Assembly: GCA_965205675.1 (NCBI GenBank) | Contig: OZ242186.1 | Coordinates: forward strand, 1-64,000 | DNA: 64,000 bases | DNA from: Nitrosopumilus sp. | GTDB lineage: Archaea > Thermoproteota > Nitrososphaeria > Nitrososphaerales > Nitrosopumilaceae | Reading direction: 5' to 3' | Part shown: positions 19,618 to 30,509 of the stretch, one piece after another | How positions within the stretch are numbered: position 1 is the stretch's first letter | How the letters are laid out: every line of letters begins with the position of its first letter | Notes under the pieces: model-generated | Seen by the model: only the letters and a program-made list of their open reading frames with translations | Databases searched by the model: none | What the model was told of the DNA's origin: nothing | Translations under genes and position numbers: made by a program

Positions 19618-21078
19618 TTGCCATATAAAGTCAGCCACGGTAAAGCAATCCCAATATCATACTCATCTGATGAAGTCTTTTCAAGAATTCAACATGAAGG
19701 TATTCAATTTATTGATCTTCAGTTTACAGGCCTTACAGGTCATTTTCATCATACTACAATTTCAGCAAATACGTTTACTCCAGAACAGATGAGGGATGGA
19801 TTACCAAAGTTAGATGGTTCATCAATTATTGGATTCACTAGTATTGATGATTCAGATTTACTTTTAAAACCTGATCCAAATACATTTGCAATTATTCCTT
19901 GGATGACTGAAAATAAAACAGCTAGATTGTTGTGTGATGTTTATTGGGGAGAAGACAGGGGACGATTATCAAGAGACCCTAGAGGAATTTCTCAAAAGGC
20001 TGAAGAATATATTAAAACGCAGGGTTATGATTTTAGTACATGGGGTCCAGAAGTTGAATTCTTTGTATTTGATAAAGTACATTGGGATGTTCTAACTCCA
20101 TACAAAGGACAATCATATTCAATTGAATCAAAAGAAGCTCCATGGAATCAATCAGGTGATGGATATCCGATGGGATTACAAGAGGGATACTATCCAAGTA
20201 CACCTGCAGATACTCTTACGCCATATAGAAACGAGTGCGTGAATATTCTCAATAAAAATTTTGGAATATTATGTGATAACCATCATCATGAGGTAGCAAC
20301 TGCAGGACAATGTGAAATTGATATCAAATATGATCATATGACAAATGCTGCAGATGCTGCCCAATCATACAAATATGTTATTAGAAATGTTGCACAAAAG
20401 TACGGTAAAGTTGCAACAATGATGCCAAAACCAATTGCAATGGATTCAGGTTCTGGTATGCATGTTAATGTCAGTTTATGGAAAGGAAATGAAAATGCAT
20501 TTTATGATCCAGATGACGAAATTGAACTAAGCCAGCTTGGAAGATACTTTTGTGGCGGTATAATTAATCATGCAAAAGCACTATCTGCAATTTGTAATCC
20601 AACAACGAATTCATATCATAGATTAGTTCCAGGATATGAAGCTCCTGCATACATTGCATGGAGTTCTGGAAATCGTTCTGCAATCGTAAGAGTTCCAAAA
20701 CATTTGAGAGGTAAAAATTATTCTAATCTTAAAAGGCTTGAATTTAGAGCACCAGATCCTTCATCAAATCCATATCTTGTGTTTGCAGCAGTAACTGCAG
20801 CAGGAATGGATGGTGTTAAGAAAAAAATGGATCCAGGAGAGGAAGTTCGTGATGATATATTCAAGATGACAAAGTCAGACAGAACTAAAAGAGGAATTGG
20901 AGTTCTTCCAAAAAGTCTGGGTGAGGCATTAGATGAATTAGAAAGTGACAGAAAATTCCTCAGTCCTATTTACACTAATGATGTTGTAGATAAAATAATA
21001 GAATTGGAAAGAAGAGATCAACGTGAGATAGCAATTAGACCACATCCGCACGAATTTTATCTGTATTTTGATGTTTAA
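19618..21078 (+). CDS. glnA: Glutamine synthetase type I
   Basis: DGSSI, GPEVEFF, HHEVA..GQCEI, MPKP..GSGMH, RLVPGYEAP, EFRAPD. Confidence 0.97.
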   Translation: MPYKVSHGKAIPISYSSDEVFSRIQHEGIQFIDLQFTGLTGHFHHTTISANTFTPEQMRDGLPKLDGSSIIGFTSIDDSDLLLKPDPNTFAIIPWMTENKTARLLCDVYWGEDRGRLSRDPRGISQKAEEYIKTQGYDFSTWGPEVEFFVFDKVHWDVLTPYKGQSYSIESKEAPWNQSGDGYPMGLQEGYYPSTPADTLTPYRNECVNILNKNFGILCDNHHHEVATAGQCEIDIKYDHMTNAADAAQSYKYVIRNVAQKYGKVATMMPKPIAMDSGSGMHVNVSLWKGNENAFYDPDDEIELSQLGRYFCGGIINHAKALSAICNPTTNSYHRLVPGYEAPAYIAWSSGNRSAIVRVPKHLRGKNYSNLKRLEFRAPDPSSNPYLVFAAVTAAGMDGVKKKMDPGEEVRDDIFKMTKSDRTKRGIGVLPKSLGEALDELESDRKFLSPIYTNDVVDKIIELERRDQREIAIRPHPHEFYLYFDV

Positions 21079-21353
21079 GCTCTTCCAGTGAGCTGGAAAA
21101 TAAAGTATGTTGAAATAACCATTAAAGCAAATCCACTTGTTAGGAATATTGCTCTATTACTTTCAGATGTTGCAGATCTATAAACTAAAACTCCACCTGC
21201 AAGACCTACAAATAAAACTAAAACTCCACTAATCACTCCAACAAAACTACTCTTAATGATAAGTGGATGAAAAGGCGCTGCAAGTAATGTAAAAAATACA
21301 ACTAGATAAATGTATTTGAATCCAGTAAGTGTTTTGGAGGTTGTTTTATTCAA
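21075..21353 (-). CDS. Small membrane protein (3 TM)
   Basis: Three hydrophobic segments. Confidence 0.65.
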   Translation of the reverse strand: MNKTTSKTLTGFKYIYLVVFFTLLAAPFHPLIIKSSFVGVISGVLVLFVGLAGGVLVYRSATSESNRAIFLTSGFALMVISTYFIFQLTGRA

Positions 21354-21408
21354 TATTTTTCGTAAATAAATTTAGCAATTAAAGGTTTAACAAGATTCTA
21401 AAAATAAT

Positions 21409-23121
21409 TTACATCATTCCGCCCATGTCAGGCATTCCACCCATACCAGGTGGCATTCCACCCATACCAGGTGGCATTCCACCCATACCAGGTGGCATTC
21501 CACCTTCTCCGCCGGGAGGACCTCCTGCAGATTTCTGGGTGGCAATAACATCATCGATTCTAAGAATCATGGATGCAGCTTCTGCAGCTGCTGAAACAAT
21601 TTGTAGTTTGACTGCAAGTGGTTCAATGATATCACTTGATTTCATATTTGCAATTTTTGCTTTCATTACATCAATTCCAGTCCATTTTTCTCCTTTTTGT
21701 TGTTTAGAACGAAGAATTGTAAGTGTGTCAATTGGATCCATTCCAGCATTTTCAGATAATGTGAGTGGGATTTCTTCTAAAGCATCTGCAAACTTTTCTG
21801 CTGCAAGTTGTTCTCTACCCTCTAAGGATTTAGCCCATCCTCGAATTTTAGTGGCTGCAAATGTTTCAGGGGCACCACCACCTGCAACAATTTCAGGTTT
21901 TAAAATTACGTCTTTTACAACCATTAAAGCATCATGAATAGATCTTTCTACTTCATCTACTACTCTTTGCGAACCAGCACGAAGAAGTAATGTTACAGAT
22001 TTTGGATGTTTACAACCTTCAACAAATACCCATTTATCCTCTTCAATTTTTCTCTCTTCTACAACTTCAGCAGAGCCTAAATCTTTTTCAAAGAGATCAT
22101 CTAGGTTTGTAATGATTCTAGCGCCAGTTGCTTTTGCTAATTTTGTAAGATCACTTTCTTTAATTCTTCTAACTGCAATAATTCCTGCTTTTGCTAGATA
22201 GTGTTGAGCCATATCATCTAATCCTTTTTGACATAACACTACATTAGCACCAGAACCAATGACTTTGTCAACCATTGTCTTTAGCATTCTGTTTTCTTCA
22301 TCGAGAAATGATTTTAGTTGTTGTGGATTTGAAATGTTAATTTTAGCATCAGTTTCAGTTTTACTAATTTCTAATGCTGTATTAATTAATGCAATTTTGG
22401 CATCAGTAATTTTTCTAGGCATTCCACCATGAACAATTTCTTTATCAAGTACAATGCCTTGAATAATCATAGAATCTTTAATTGAGCCTCCTGCTTTCTT
22501 TTCTACTTTAATATCATCAATATCAACATCATAGGATTCTCCAGATTTTTCTGAAACTGCAAGAACAGATTTTACAATAATATCTGCAAGTAGATCAGAA
22601 TCTTTTCTAACAAGTTTTGTTTGCATTGCAGTTTTGGCAATTTTATTAAGAATATTTTTGTCACTTGCAGAAATTGTGTCTGCAATTTCTTCTAGGTATT
22701 CCTTTGCTTTTCTTGCAGCTTTTCTGTAACCGTCCACAATAATTGTCGGATGTACTTCTTGATCAATTAATGATTCAGCTTGTGAAAGTAATGCACCTGC
22801 CAATACAACAGCAGAGGTTGTACCGTCACCAACTTCATTATCTGTGGTTTTGGAAATCTCAACTAGCATTTTTGCTGCTGGATGTTGAACATCGATTTCT
22901 TTAAGGATGGTAGCACCATCGTTTGTAATCGTAACGTCACCTAATGAATCGACTAGCATTTTATCCATACCTCGTGGACCTAAACTTGTGTGAACAATTT
23001 CTGCAATAATCTTAGCTGCTGCAATATTGTTCTTTTGGGCTTCTTTACCTTTGGTTTCAGAACCACCCTCTTTTAGCAAAACAACGGGCATGTTTCCCTT
23101 TGAAGTTGCTTGCATTCCCAT
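21409..23121 (-). CDS. Thermosome (group II chaperonin) subunit
   Basis: [29 protein letters not shown]-rich tail; alpha/beta not assignable by eye. Confidence 0.97.
   Translation of the reverse strand: MGMQATSKGNMPVVLLKEGGSETKGKEAQKNNIAAAKIIAEIVHTSLGPRGMDKMLVDSLGDVTITNDGATILKEIDVQHPAAKMLVEISKTTDNEVGDGTTSAVVLAGALLSQAESLIDQEVHPTIIVDGYRKAARKAKEYLEEIADTISASDKNILNKIAKTAMQTKLVRKDSDLLADIIVKSVLAVSEKSGESYDVDIDDIKVEKKAGGSIKDSMIIQGIVLDKEIVHGGMPRKITDAKIALINTALEISKTETDAKINISNPQQLKSFLDEENRMLKTMVDKVIGSGANVVLCQKGLDDMAQHYLAKAGIIAVRRIKESDLTKLAKATGARIITNLDDLFEKDLGSAEVVEERKIEEDKWVFVEGCKHPKSVTLLLRAGSQRVVDEVERSIHDALMVVKDVILKPEIVAGGGAPETFAATKIRGWAKSLEGREQLAAEKFADALEEIPLTLSENAGMDPIDTLTILRSKQQKGEKWTGIDVMKAKIANMKSSDIIEPLAVKLQIVSAAAEAASMILRIDDVIATQKSAGGPPGGEGGMPPGMGGMPPGMGGMPPGMGGMPDMGGMM
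21431..21504. repeat. 21-bp perfect tandem repeat (x3.5) encoding the GGMPPGM tail
   Basis: GGCATTCCACCCATACCAGGT at 21431, 21452, 21473 and partial at 21494. Confidence 0.95.
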
Positions 23122-23224
23122 AGATGAAAAAACTCTGGATTCCCCTTTTATACCTTCCAGATCAAGAAGGTATTTTTTAAATGATATCGGTGTTTTTAAA
23201 TTGGGAAAATCAAAATGTAGAATA

Positions 23225-24547
23225 TTGACTAAATCTCAAAATAAGCAATCTTATGATAAAATTTTTACAAAATTAAAGGATCATCATAAATGGTTTGCAA
23301 ATTCAATCCCACTAATTGCAAGTGAAAATATTCCTAGCCCGGCAGTTAGAGAAGCAATAATTTCTGATTTTGGAAATAGATATGCTGAAGGATGGCCTGG
23401 GGAAAGAGTTTACGCAGGTTGTGTCTACATTGATGATGTAGAATTCGAATGTATGAAATTAGCTAAAAAATTATACAAAGCAAAATTTGTGGATGTAAGA
23501 CCAATATCAGGAGTTGTTGCAAACTTGGCAGTATATTCTGGATTTACAAATCCGGGAGATATTATGTTAGCACCTTCAATCCCAGCTGGAGGACATATTT
23601 CACATGGTAAAAAAGAACATTCTGGAACTGCAGGGTTGGTACATGGATTAGAAATTGAATTCTATCCATTTGATGCAGAAGAAATGACGATTGATATAGA
23701 TAAAACAAAACAAAAAGTCAAAGACCTCAAAAAATCAAACCGTCTCCCAAAAATGGCGATGTTTGGTGGTTCATTATTCTTGTTTCCACATCCTGTCAAA
23801 GAATTATCTGACTTTCTAAAAAGTTATGATATGCATATCAATTATGATGCAGCTCATGTTGCAGGATTAATTGCGGGTGGAAAATTCCAAGATCCTCTGC
23901 GAGAAGGAGCAGATACAATGACTATGAGTACTCATAAAACTTTGTTTGGACCCCAAGGTGGACTTGTGTTAGGGTCTAAAGAACATGAAGAAATTATCAA
24001 AAAAGCTACGTTTCCTGGTCTAACTAGTAGTCATCATATTCATCACATGGCTGGTAAAGCAATAGCATTTGCAGAAGCCTTAGAGTTTGGAAAAGATTAT
24101 GCTGTAGAAGTAATCAAAAACGCCAAAATTTTTGCAGAAGCTTTGAGTGATGCAGGATTCAAAGTCCTAGGCGAGAGTAGAGGATTTACACAATCACACC
24201 AAATTGCAGTTAATGTTTTGGATTATTCTGACGGTGGAAAAGTTGAAGCCGATTTAGAAAAAGCAAATATTATTGTAAATAGACAGCTTATTCCCGGAGA
24301 TATTAAAGCAGGAAGGAACTATTTCCATCCAAGTGGAATTAGATTAGGAGTTTCTGAAATTACACGACTTGGAATGAAAAAGAATGAGATGCAAGAAATT
24401 GCATTATACATTAAACAAGTTGTAATTGATAAAAAAGATCCAAAGAAATTGCTTTCAAAAGTTAAAGCATTCAGAAAGGATTATCAAAAAATAAAATTCT
24501 GTTTTGATAATAAATTAGGTGCTTATGAATACGTTAAACTGAGATAA
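23225..24547 (+). CDS. glyA: Serine hydroxymethyltransferase
   Basis: LIASEN, YAEG, GGHISH, DAAH, STHKT PLP lysine; TTG at 23225 preferred because the longer ORF overlaps the thermosome gene. Confidence 0.96.
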   Translation: MTKSQNKQSYDKIFTKLKDHHKWFANSIPLIASENIPSPAVREAIISDFGNRYAEGWPGERVYAGCVYIDDVEFECMKLAKKLYKAKFVDVRPISGVVANLAVYSGFTNPGDIMLAPSIPAGGHISHGKKEHSGTAGLVHGLEIEFYPFDAEEMTIDIDKTKQKVKDLKKSNRLPKMAMFGGSLFLFPHPVKELSDFLKSYDMHINYDAAHVAGLIAGGKFQDPLREGADTMTMSTHKTLFGPQGGLVLGSKEHEEIIKKATFPGLTSSHHIHHMAGKAIAFAEALEFGKDYAVEVIKNAKIFAEALSDAGFKVLGESRGFTQSHQIAVNVLDYSDGGKVEADLEKANIIVNRQLIPGDIKAGRNYFHPSGIRLGVSEITRLGMKKNEMQEIALYIKQVVIDKKDPKKLLSKVKAFRKDYQKIKFCFDNKLGAYEYVKLR

Positions 24548-24549
24548 TT

Positions 24550-27500
24550 TTACGAATAATCAGTGAGTAAAGATTGATCTCTCTGACGCTTACCAAATAC
24601 TAGTTCAATTTCATCAGATAAAGCATAGATTCTGCCTCTCTGATATTCACCCACATCATATTTTTCAACTAATCTTTTGGCAAGCTTGAGATATTTTTCT
24701 ACAGAACCTCTAGTAATTGTGGCAATTAGTTTATGGCCACAAACACATGTTTGGATAAGAGGCATTCGACGAAATGATTTTCCACATGCTGTACACCTAA
24801 AACTTTGTCTAGCATACGCTCTGAGATTTCCCATTAGATCAGGAACAAGATGTGTTGAAATTACATTTGAAACAATCTCTGAAGTATTTACTGCATTAAT
24901 CAACTCAGCATTTCTAACTTGCATGTCAAATTTGTCAAGTATGGAACCAAGTGTAGAATATGCGCTTCGTGACTTTGAAGTTGTTAGAGATGAAGTTGTA
25001 TGTGTAAAATAATAATCATAGAATTGTCTTTCAGTTTCAAGACGTGATTTGATAATTTCTATTGATGTTACATCAGATGATTTGATTTGTTTGTACGTAG
25101 ATTCAAAAAATTCTAGAGGGAGTATTTTTGTAACTTCTAGATTGTGAGCTTGGGGTTGAGATTCATGTGGTAACACATGTGGTTGAACAAGTAATGGTGC
25201 ATCCATTAATCCGCCTATTCTATCTGAAAGAAACTGTCGTGAAAAATTCAAAAGACTGTCCATTAACAACATTATAGAGTCAGCATCTCCATCAGCATCT
25301 CTTCTTTTAGCAGAATGCCAATTTGGAGTTCCAAAACAAACATGAGTTTCAGTGTATCCAATAATTCTTCCAACTATTCCTACAGATGTATGTGGAGCCA
25401 GACCAATTATTAGATGTCCTACAAGTTCTTCTGTATTTTTTACATTGTAAAATGGAGATTTATCATAGAATTTTTCTAATAATACATCAATGTATTTGCA
25501 AGTAGCAACCAAATACTTTCCACTCTCATATGGAACAATTACATCTTGCATGCGAAGTTCTAAGGTTTGATCTAGAAATTCAAGTGGATTCCCATCAATA
25601 TCATGTGAATATCCAAGTTCTTTGAGTTTTTCAATAGATGTTCCTATCCAAGATGGTTTGAATTGTGTTAGGGGAGAATTTGTTGCATCGAATCTTACAG
25701 TTCCATCTTTGAAGGTGGTTAACCCAAAGTTTTGTCTGACTAACCCTTTTTCAAGTGGTTCAGCAATTTTATCTTGATTGATTAAATCCTTTACTCCTTT
25801 GAATGGTTCTTTAGCACGGATACCCATTTTTTCTTGAGCTAAAAGTAATCTTGCTTTTAATGGAAATTCTTTGTGAGAGTGAGCAGTAGCTTTACGTTTA
25901 CATTTTTCACAAAATGGTTCTTCAAGTGTATCTCTACAGTTAGAACATCTGTAAATAATTGATGTTTTTGTACCACAAATAGAACATTTTATTCCGATTG
26001 AAGGTTGATCACAATTTGGACAATAACGATTGTATAAACTAGCAAAAAAATGCTCAGTTCTAGATGCTTTGAGAAGATCTCTAGTGGGCCCACCCTTATC
26101 ATTAATCGGAAACAATACATGAGTTGCAGGCTTCATTTGTCGAGGTGCTGCTTTTTCAGGTCTTCCTATTCTTACTCCGATACTTGTTGAGAATTTATTA
26201 TTAATTTGAATACCAGACGATTTGGTTAAGATTTGTGGAACAGAGAGATCATCAATAATTGGCTTTTCTCTAAATAAAAGATTGAAAAAGATTTTTGCTT
26301 CTAAATGTTCTAAAATGATTGAATTGTTTTCAATTTTATGTGGTGTTCCCAAATTTTCAAGAATTTGTTTGGTTTGGATTGAGTATTCAATTGATGTTTC
26401 ATTAGCATTTTTTGGTTCAAGAAGTTTGGTTAATTCTTCAGAAGATATTCTATCCCAGAAATACAAATAATGTGGGTGCAATGGCAGTTTAAAATCAAGT
26501 GAGATTTTTAGTGCTTCATCTATTGTGGGGGTTTTATTTAAAAATTGATTTAGATATTGATCTTCTGATTCATATTTTTGAATTTTTTGTTTTAATTCTT
26601 CAATCCAAAATTCTTCAACATATCCTGATGGTACAAGTTGAGCATTATTCTCAAGAAAATCCCCAAATGAAATTAAAATGTCGCCAAGGTGTAAAATTTT
26701 TTCTATTTCATTTTTAATTTCTAATCCATGTTTTACATCTCGAATTTTTACAACATTGCCATTATTGAGACGTACTGTTGGAGTATCAATTGAATCGACA
26801 AAAGCTATAGTTGCTCCTTTTCCAGGTATGTCTATTTTTATCTGAGTTCCTACTGCAATAGTATGATCTAAAATCTCAGCAATTATTGGATGAATACCCA
26901 CAGCTGCAAAGCCAGTATTACATGCTCTTCCATATCTTAGTCGAAATCCACCTAATTTGTTAGGCATGGATAAAACGGATCTGCCTAGAATTACTTCATG
27001 CATTCTTTTTGCTGCTGCATCCTCTTGATTGTCTCCAGTCTGAACTGCTCCTTTTAGATCATTGAGCCACTCCCAACCATCTAGATTATACAATTCAATT
27101 CTTTTGAGAAGTTTTTTTGATCTTCCAATCAATCCATCATTTAGAACACGTAAAGCTCCACCCCTAACTCGATCTGTTTGAATTCTAGCCATGGATTTAT
27201 GATTAACAACCTCATATGGATCAGTATCCACACCAGCTAATTCTACTGGAAGATTAGAAATAACATGTTCAATATCTTCATCTAATATATGAAATTGGAA
27301 ACTACTGGCTTCTCTTTCATAGATTCTTAATTCTTCAACGAATCGTCCTGTTTCATCATCAAATGAATTGGCTTGAAATTTTGATAATCCTGCTATTTTT
27401 CTAACGTGATCGGCAATTAGTAGAGTTACAGCAGACTCTGTTCCTCCTGCTGAACGCATTGGTCCGGCAATTGAAACAGAAAGATATTCTGTTCCATCTT

Positions 27501-27927
27501 TATTTTTCTTTATTTTTACTTCATTGATACCTTGTAGTGGTGCAATAGTAACTCCTTCAGTAATAATTGCTAGTCCTACACGAACTGCAAGGTCTAATTT
27601 GTCTTCTAAAGTAGCATCTGGAAGACAGTATTTACCCGAAGCAATCTCTTTAGCTAAAATTAATGCAGAAAGTTCCTTTCCATTAATTTTTAGAATTTCT
27701 CTTAGGGGATCAGCAATATCAATTTCGTGCATTTTTGCAACTCTATCTGCTAAATCAAATGCAATTTTTGGTTCAATAGTACCTGAAGAATCTACCAAGT
27801 TAGATTTTGCAGATGCTGCATGTTGAAATATTGAGTATGTTTCAGTTGAAAGGCTGTAATAGTAATCCAGATAGTAATCTGGCATTTGGATATCACTAAT
27901 TCTAGATATTGCATCATTTTCAGACAT
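24550..27927 (-). CDS. polC: DNA polymerase D large subunit DP2
   Basis: AGPMRSAGGT, GGFRLRYGR, FKDGTVRFD, AKRRDADGDAD, GGLMDAPL, Zn fingers; no intein evident. Confidence 0.97.
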   Translation of the reverse strand: MSENDAISRISDIQMPDYYLDYYYSLSTETYSIFQHAASAKSNLVDSSGTIEPKIAFDLADRVAKMHEIDIADPLREILKINGKELSALILAKEIASGKYCLPDATLEDKLDLAVRVGLAIITEGVTIAPLQGINEVKIKKNKDGTEYLSVSIAGPMRSAGGTESAVTLLIADHVRKIAGLSKFQANSFDDETGRFVEELRIYEREASSFQFHILDEDIEHVISNLPVELAGVDTDPYEVVNHKSMARIQTDRVRGGALRVLNDGLIGRSKKLLKRIELYNLDGWEWLNDLKGAVQTGDNQEDAAAKRMHEVILGRSVLSMPNKLGGFRLRYGRACNTGFAAVGIHPIIAEILDHTIAVGTQIKIDIPGKGATIAFVDSIDTPTVRLNNGNVVKIRDVKHGLEIKNEIEKILHLGDILISFGDFLENNAQLVPSGYVEEFWIEELKQKIQKYESEDQYLNQFLNKTPTIDEALKISLDFKLPLHPHYLYFWDRISSEELTKLLEPKNANETSIEYSIQTKQILENLGTPHKIENNSIILEHLEAKIFFNLLFREKPIIDDLSVPQILTKSSGIQINNKFSTSIGVRIGRPEKAAPRQMKPATHVLFPINDKGGPTRDLLKASRTEHFFASLYNRYCPNCDQPSIGIKCSICGTKTSIIYRCSNCRDTLEEPFCEKCKRKATAHSHKEFPLKARLLLAQEKMGIRAKEPFKGVKDLINQDKIAEPLEKGLVRQNFGLTTFKDGTVRFDATNSPLTQFKPSWIGTSIEKLKELGYSHDIDGNPLEFLDQTLELRMQDVIVPYESGKYLVATCKYIDVLLEKFYDKSPFYNVKNTEELVGHLIIGLAPHTSVGIVGRIIGYTETHVCFGTPNWHSAKRRDADGDADSIMLLMDSLLNFSRQFLSDRIGGLMDAPLLVQPHVLPHESQPQAHNLEVTKILPLEFFESTYKQIKSSDVTSIEIIKSRLETERQFYDYYFTHTTSSLTTSKSRSAYSTLGSILDKFDMQVRNAELINAVNTSEIVSNVISTHLVPDLMGNLRAYARQSFRCTACGKSFRRMPLIQTCVCGHKLIATITRGSVEKYLKLAKRLVEKYDVGEYQRGRIYALSDEIELVFGKRQRDQSLLTDYS

Positions 27928-27939
27928 AATAGAGTCCTA

Positions 27940-28692
27940 CTACTTGCTTCTTTGAATTGTTTTTGCTATTTCTTTGAGTTTTTTGATACTACCTCCTTTC
28001 TCAAGGAAGGTTCCAATAACTAGAGCATCGGCTCCTGCTTTGACTAGACTTTTTGCTGTCTGTACGTCTTTGATTCCTCCACCCACTATCAAAAATCCAT
28101 TAAAAGTGTGTCTTACAGTTTTGACCATTTCAGGAGTAACATTGGTTTTAGCGCCTGAGCCTGCTTCTAAATATACGAATCTCATACCAAGGAATTGAGC
28201 CGCTAATGAGTACGCTGCAGCAATTTTTGGTTTTTCAAACGGAATACCTCTTGCAGAACCAACAAACCATGCAGATGTGCCATCTCCAATTACAAGATAT
28301 GCAGTAGGAAGTGGTTCTAATCCAAATTTAAGAACGCTAGGAGCGCCTAGAGCCTGAGCCTGAGTAATAAAATATGGATTTTCAGAATTCATTAATGAAC
28401 TAAACAATATCGCATCAGCGTCAGGTACAACACCTGTAACATTACCTGGAAATAGAATAATTGGAATTTTTAGACCTTTTTTAATACCTTTGACTACTTG
28501 GGCCATCTCAATTTGATCAGTAGCAGATGAGCCTCCGACTAGTATAGCTGAAGCACCAATCTTTTCAACATCTTTGGCAAGCTTGCTTGATGCCTCTAAA
28601 TTTGATACTTCTGAGTCAATTAACACGAATAGTAAGGCATTTTTCTTTTCTAATTCTGATTTTAGGAATGATTCAACTTTGTCTCCAGCCAT
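27940..28692 (-). CDS. Geranylgeranylglyceryl phosphate synthase
   Basis: LVGGS, LFPG, YLEAGSGA, VGGGI. Confidence 0.93.
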   Translation of the reverse strand: MAGDKVESFLKSELEKKNALLFVLIDSEVSNLEASSKLAKDVEKIGASAILVGGSSATDQIEMAQVVKGIKKGLKIPIILFPGNVTGVVPDADAILFSSLMNSENPYFITQAQALGAPSVLKFGLEPLPTAYLVIGDGTSAWFVGSARGIPFEKPKIAAAYSLAAQFLGMRFVYLEAGSGAKTNVTPEMVKTVRHTFNGFLIVGGGIKDVQTAKSLVKAGADALVIGTFLEKGGSIKKLKEIAKTIQRSK

Positions 28693-28757
28693 AAAAGAGG
28701 TCTGTATCTGTCTCTTTAAAGTTTAATTGGAAGGCGGTATACAGATTTGTATAGATA

Positions 28758-29120
28758 ATGGATAAGTTGGAAGGATCTAATTTTAACAATATTATACGTA
28801 AAATTATCAAAAAATCACTGTTTACAGAACGACAAATTGAAATTATTTTAAATCAGAAGGATCTTCTAGAATCTAATTTTTCTATAACTAAAGGTGCGTA
28901 TTATAGGCAAGTTGGACAGTCCAGAGAGAAATTAATTGGATTATTCTATTCAATCATCCTTTTTCGTGGTTTAGGCATACTTTTACCTGATGATATCGAT
29001 GTGATATCAAAACTCTCAGAGCAAATTAATGTGATAAATAATGGTGATGTTTTTCTCGAAGAAGAAGATAAAGTGATGAGTGTGATAGATACGATCATCC
29101 GACAGGCATGTAATATGTGA
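28758..29120 (+). CDS. Hypothetical protein, HTH-like
   Basis: KSLFTERQIE..ITKGAYYRQVGQ. Confidence 0.75.
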   Translation: MDKLEGSNFNNIIRKIIKKSLFTERQIEIILNQKDLLESNFSITKGAYYRQVGQSREKLIGLFYSIILFRGLGILLPDDIDVISKLSEQINVINNGDVFLEEEDKVMSVIDTIIRQACNM

Positions 29121-29249
29121 TGTATGTGATGGTGGTGACCAGTAGTAGTTTAATTCCTATGTGATAATTTGTGTGAGTTTGTTAATCTAAAGTGTGAATT
29201 AATGTTGTTCAATCACGATAAATCACAACATAGGCGTAAATGTTGTGAT
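29000..29249. promoter_or_regulatory. TGTGAT motif array with a terminal 10-bp inverted repeat
   Basis: TGTGAT at 29000, 29030, 29081, 29116, 29125, 29160, 29244; ATCACA at 29222; ATCACAACAT-N8-ATGTTGTGAT at 29222-29249. Confidence 0.7.
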
Positions 29250-29844
29250 GTTAGTAGAAATTCCTGAACCTGAAGTGATTTTAGGTATGATTCTAGCATT
29301 TATTGTAGGAATAGTGGGACTGTATGCATATTTCAAGATACGTCCATTTGTAAAAACTAGGAATGAAGTATTTGATGCATCACAAACAGAACGACTAGAA
29401 TATTATGAAAGACAGTTAATTGACATGAAAATACGTCTGGATGCATTAGAAATACAAGGAATTGAACAAAAAGTAGAAGATCCTAACTTGGAACTCAAAC
29501 AATTTTTGGAGAAATTGGCAAAGAATGAGATTCAAGAAAGGCCTATCAAGGTTGTAAACAAAGTACCTGAGATTATGCCTGAAAAAATAATTTCAGCGCC
29601 TAATACACCTAATCTTACACCTACAAATCCAGTTGATTATGTGTTGCATCTAATCACAGACAAAGCTATGACATCACGTGATATCCAAATCACATTAAAG
29701 AAAAGCAGGGAACATACTTCACGCCTAATGAAAAAGTTGTTTGAAGAAGGATATGTTCAGAGAAATACAGAATCAAAACCATATACTTACTCAATTACTG
29801 AGAAAGGAATGACAAAAGTAGAAATAAAACCAATAGTGGAATAG
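29245..29844 (+). CDS. Membrane-anchored coiled-coil plus winged-helix DNA-binding protein
   Basis: N-terminal TM (VILGMILAFIVGIVGLYAYF), coiled coil, wHTH (TSRDIQ..SREHTSRLMKKLFEEGYV..YSITEKG). Confidence 0.85.
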   Translation: MMLVEIPEPEVILGMILAFIVGIVGLYAYFKIRPFVKTRNEVFDASQTERLEYYERQLIDMKIRLDALEIQGIEQKVEDPNLELKQFLEKLAKNEIQERPIKVVNKVPEIMPEKIISAPNTPNLTPTNPVDYVLHLITDKAMTSRDIQITLKKSREHTSRLMKKLFEEGYVQRNTESKPYTYSITEKGMTKVEIKPIVE

Positions 29845-29955
29845 AATAATCTTAAATATTTTTAGTTGTTTTCATATCAATTAGTTGTATTTTATGATAA
29901 AATTAGAATTAGATAATTTATTAAATTATATATATTATTAAATTATAATAACAAT

Positions 29956-30117
29956 ATGTCAGTCCAAGATAATGAAGTTTTAGTAAAGATCACTTCTGCA
30001 GGTACAATTTCAATCCCAAAACAATTCAGAAAGTATATGGACATCCAAAAAGGGGAATATGTCAAAATAATTCTTGGAAAAGATCGATTATTGGTAAGAA
30101 AAGTTACTATCTCTTAA
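29956..30117 (+). CDS. AbrB/MazE/SpoVT-family DNA-binding protein (53 aa, absent from the ORF track)
   Basis: Manual translation: MSVQDNEVLVKITSAGTISIPKQFRKYMDIQKGEYVKIILGKDRLLVRKVTIS. Confidence 0.88.
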   Translation: MSVQDNEVLVKITSAGTISIPKQFRKYMDIQKGEYVKIILGKDRLLVRKVTIS

Positions 30118-30121
30118 TAGA

Positions 30122-30508
30122 TTATTGTTGTTTTTGCCCAATCTTGATGGTTTGATATGTCCATTCTCGACCTGTTCTGGATCTATTCACCCTACCTTTT
30201 GCAGAAAATCTTGACAGATATGTAGAGATTATACTAAGTTTTACAGGTTCGTTATATTCATCTTCATATTTTTCAAGAATGTTTGTGGAGGTGAATTTTC
30301 CCATTGGAAAGAACTTGTCTACAACAGACCAAATTTTTGAGCCCACAGAATCCATGTTTGTTGGTTCTTGTTCTTCTTCAATATTCATCAAGTCCATCAT
30401 TTCAAATATTTTGAGAACTTTGTCTCTGGTAACGTTGCCTTCCAATTTAATATCATAACGAGCACCGTCAGAGTCTTCCATGTCTATTCTAATTCGTTTA
30501 TTGGCCAT
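30122..30508 (-). CDS. Hypothetical protein with C-terminal winged-helix-like domain
   Basis: FTSTNI..LSIISTYLSRF..GRVNR..EWTY. Confidence 0.75.
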   Translation of the reverse strand: MANKRIRIDMEDSDGARYDIKLEGNVTRDKVLKIFEMMDLMNIEEEQEPTNMDSVGSKIWSVVDKFFPMGKFTSTNILEKYEDEYNEPVKLSIISTYLSRFSAKGRVNRSRTGREWTYQTIKIGQKQQ

Positions 30509-30509
30509 C

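Noticed and set aside
23027-23224. N-terminal extension of glyA
   Set aside because: Overlaps the thermosome start on the other strand; longest-ORF artefact
29000-29249. TGTGA array as a CRP site or CRISPR array
   Set aside because: Irregular spacing, no TGTGA-N6-TCACA arrangement and no repeat-spacer periodicity
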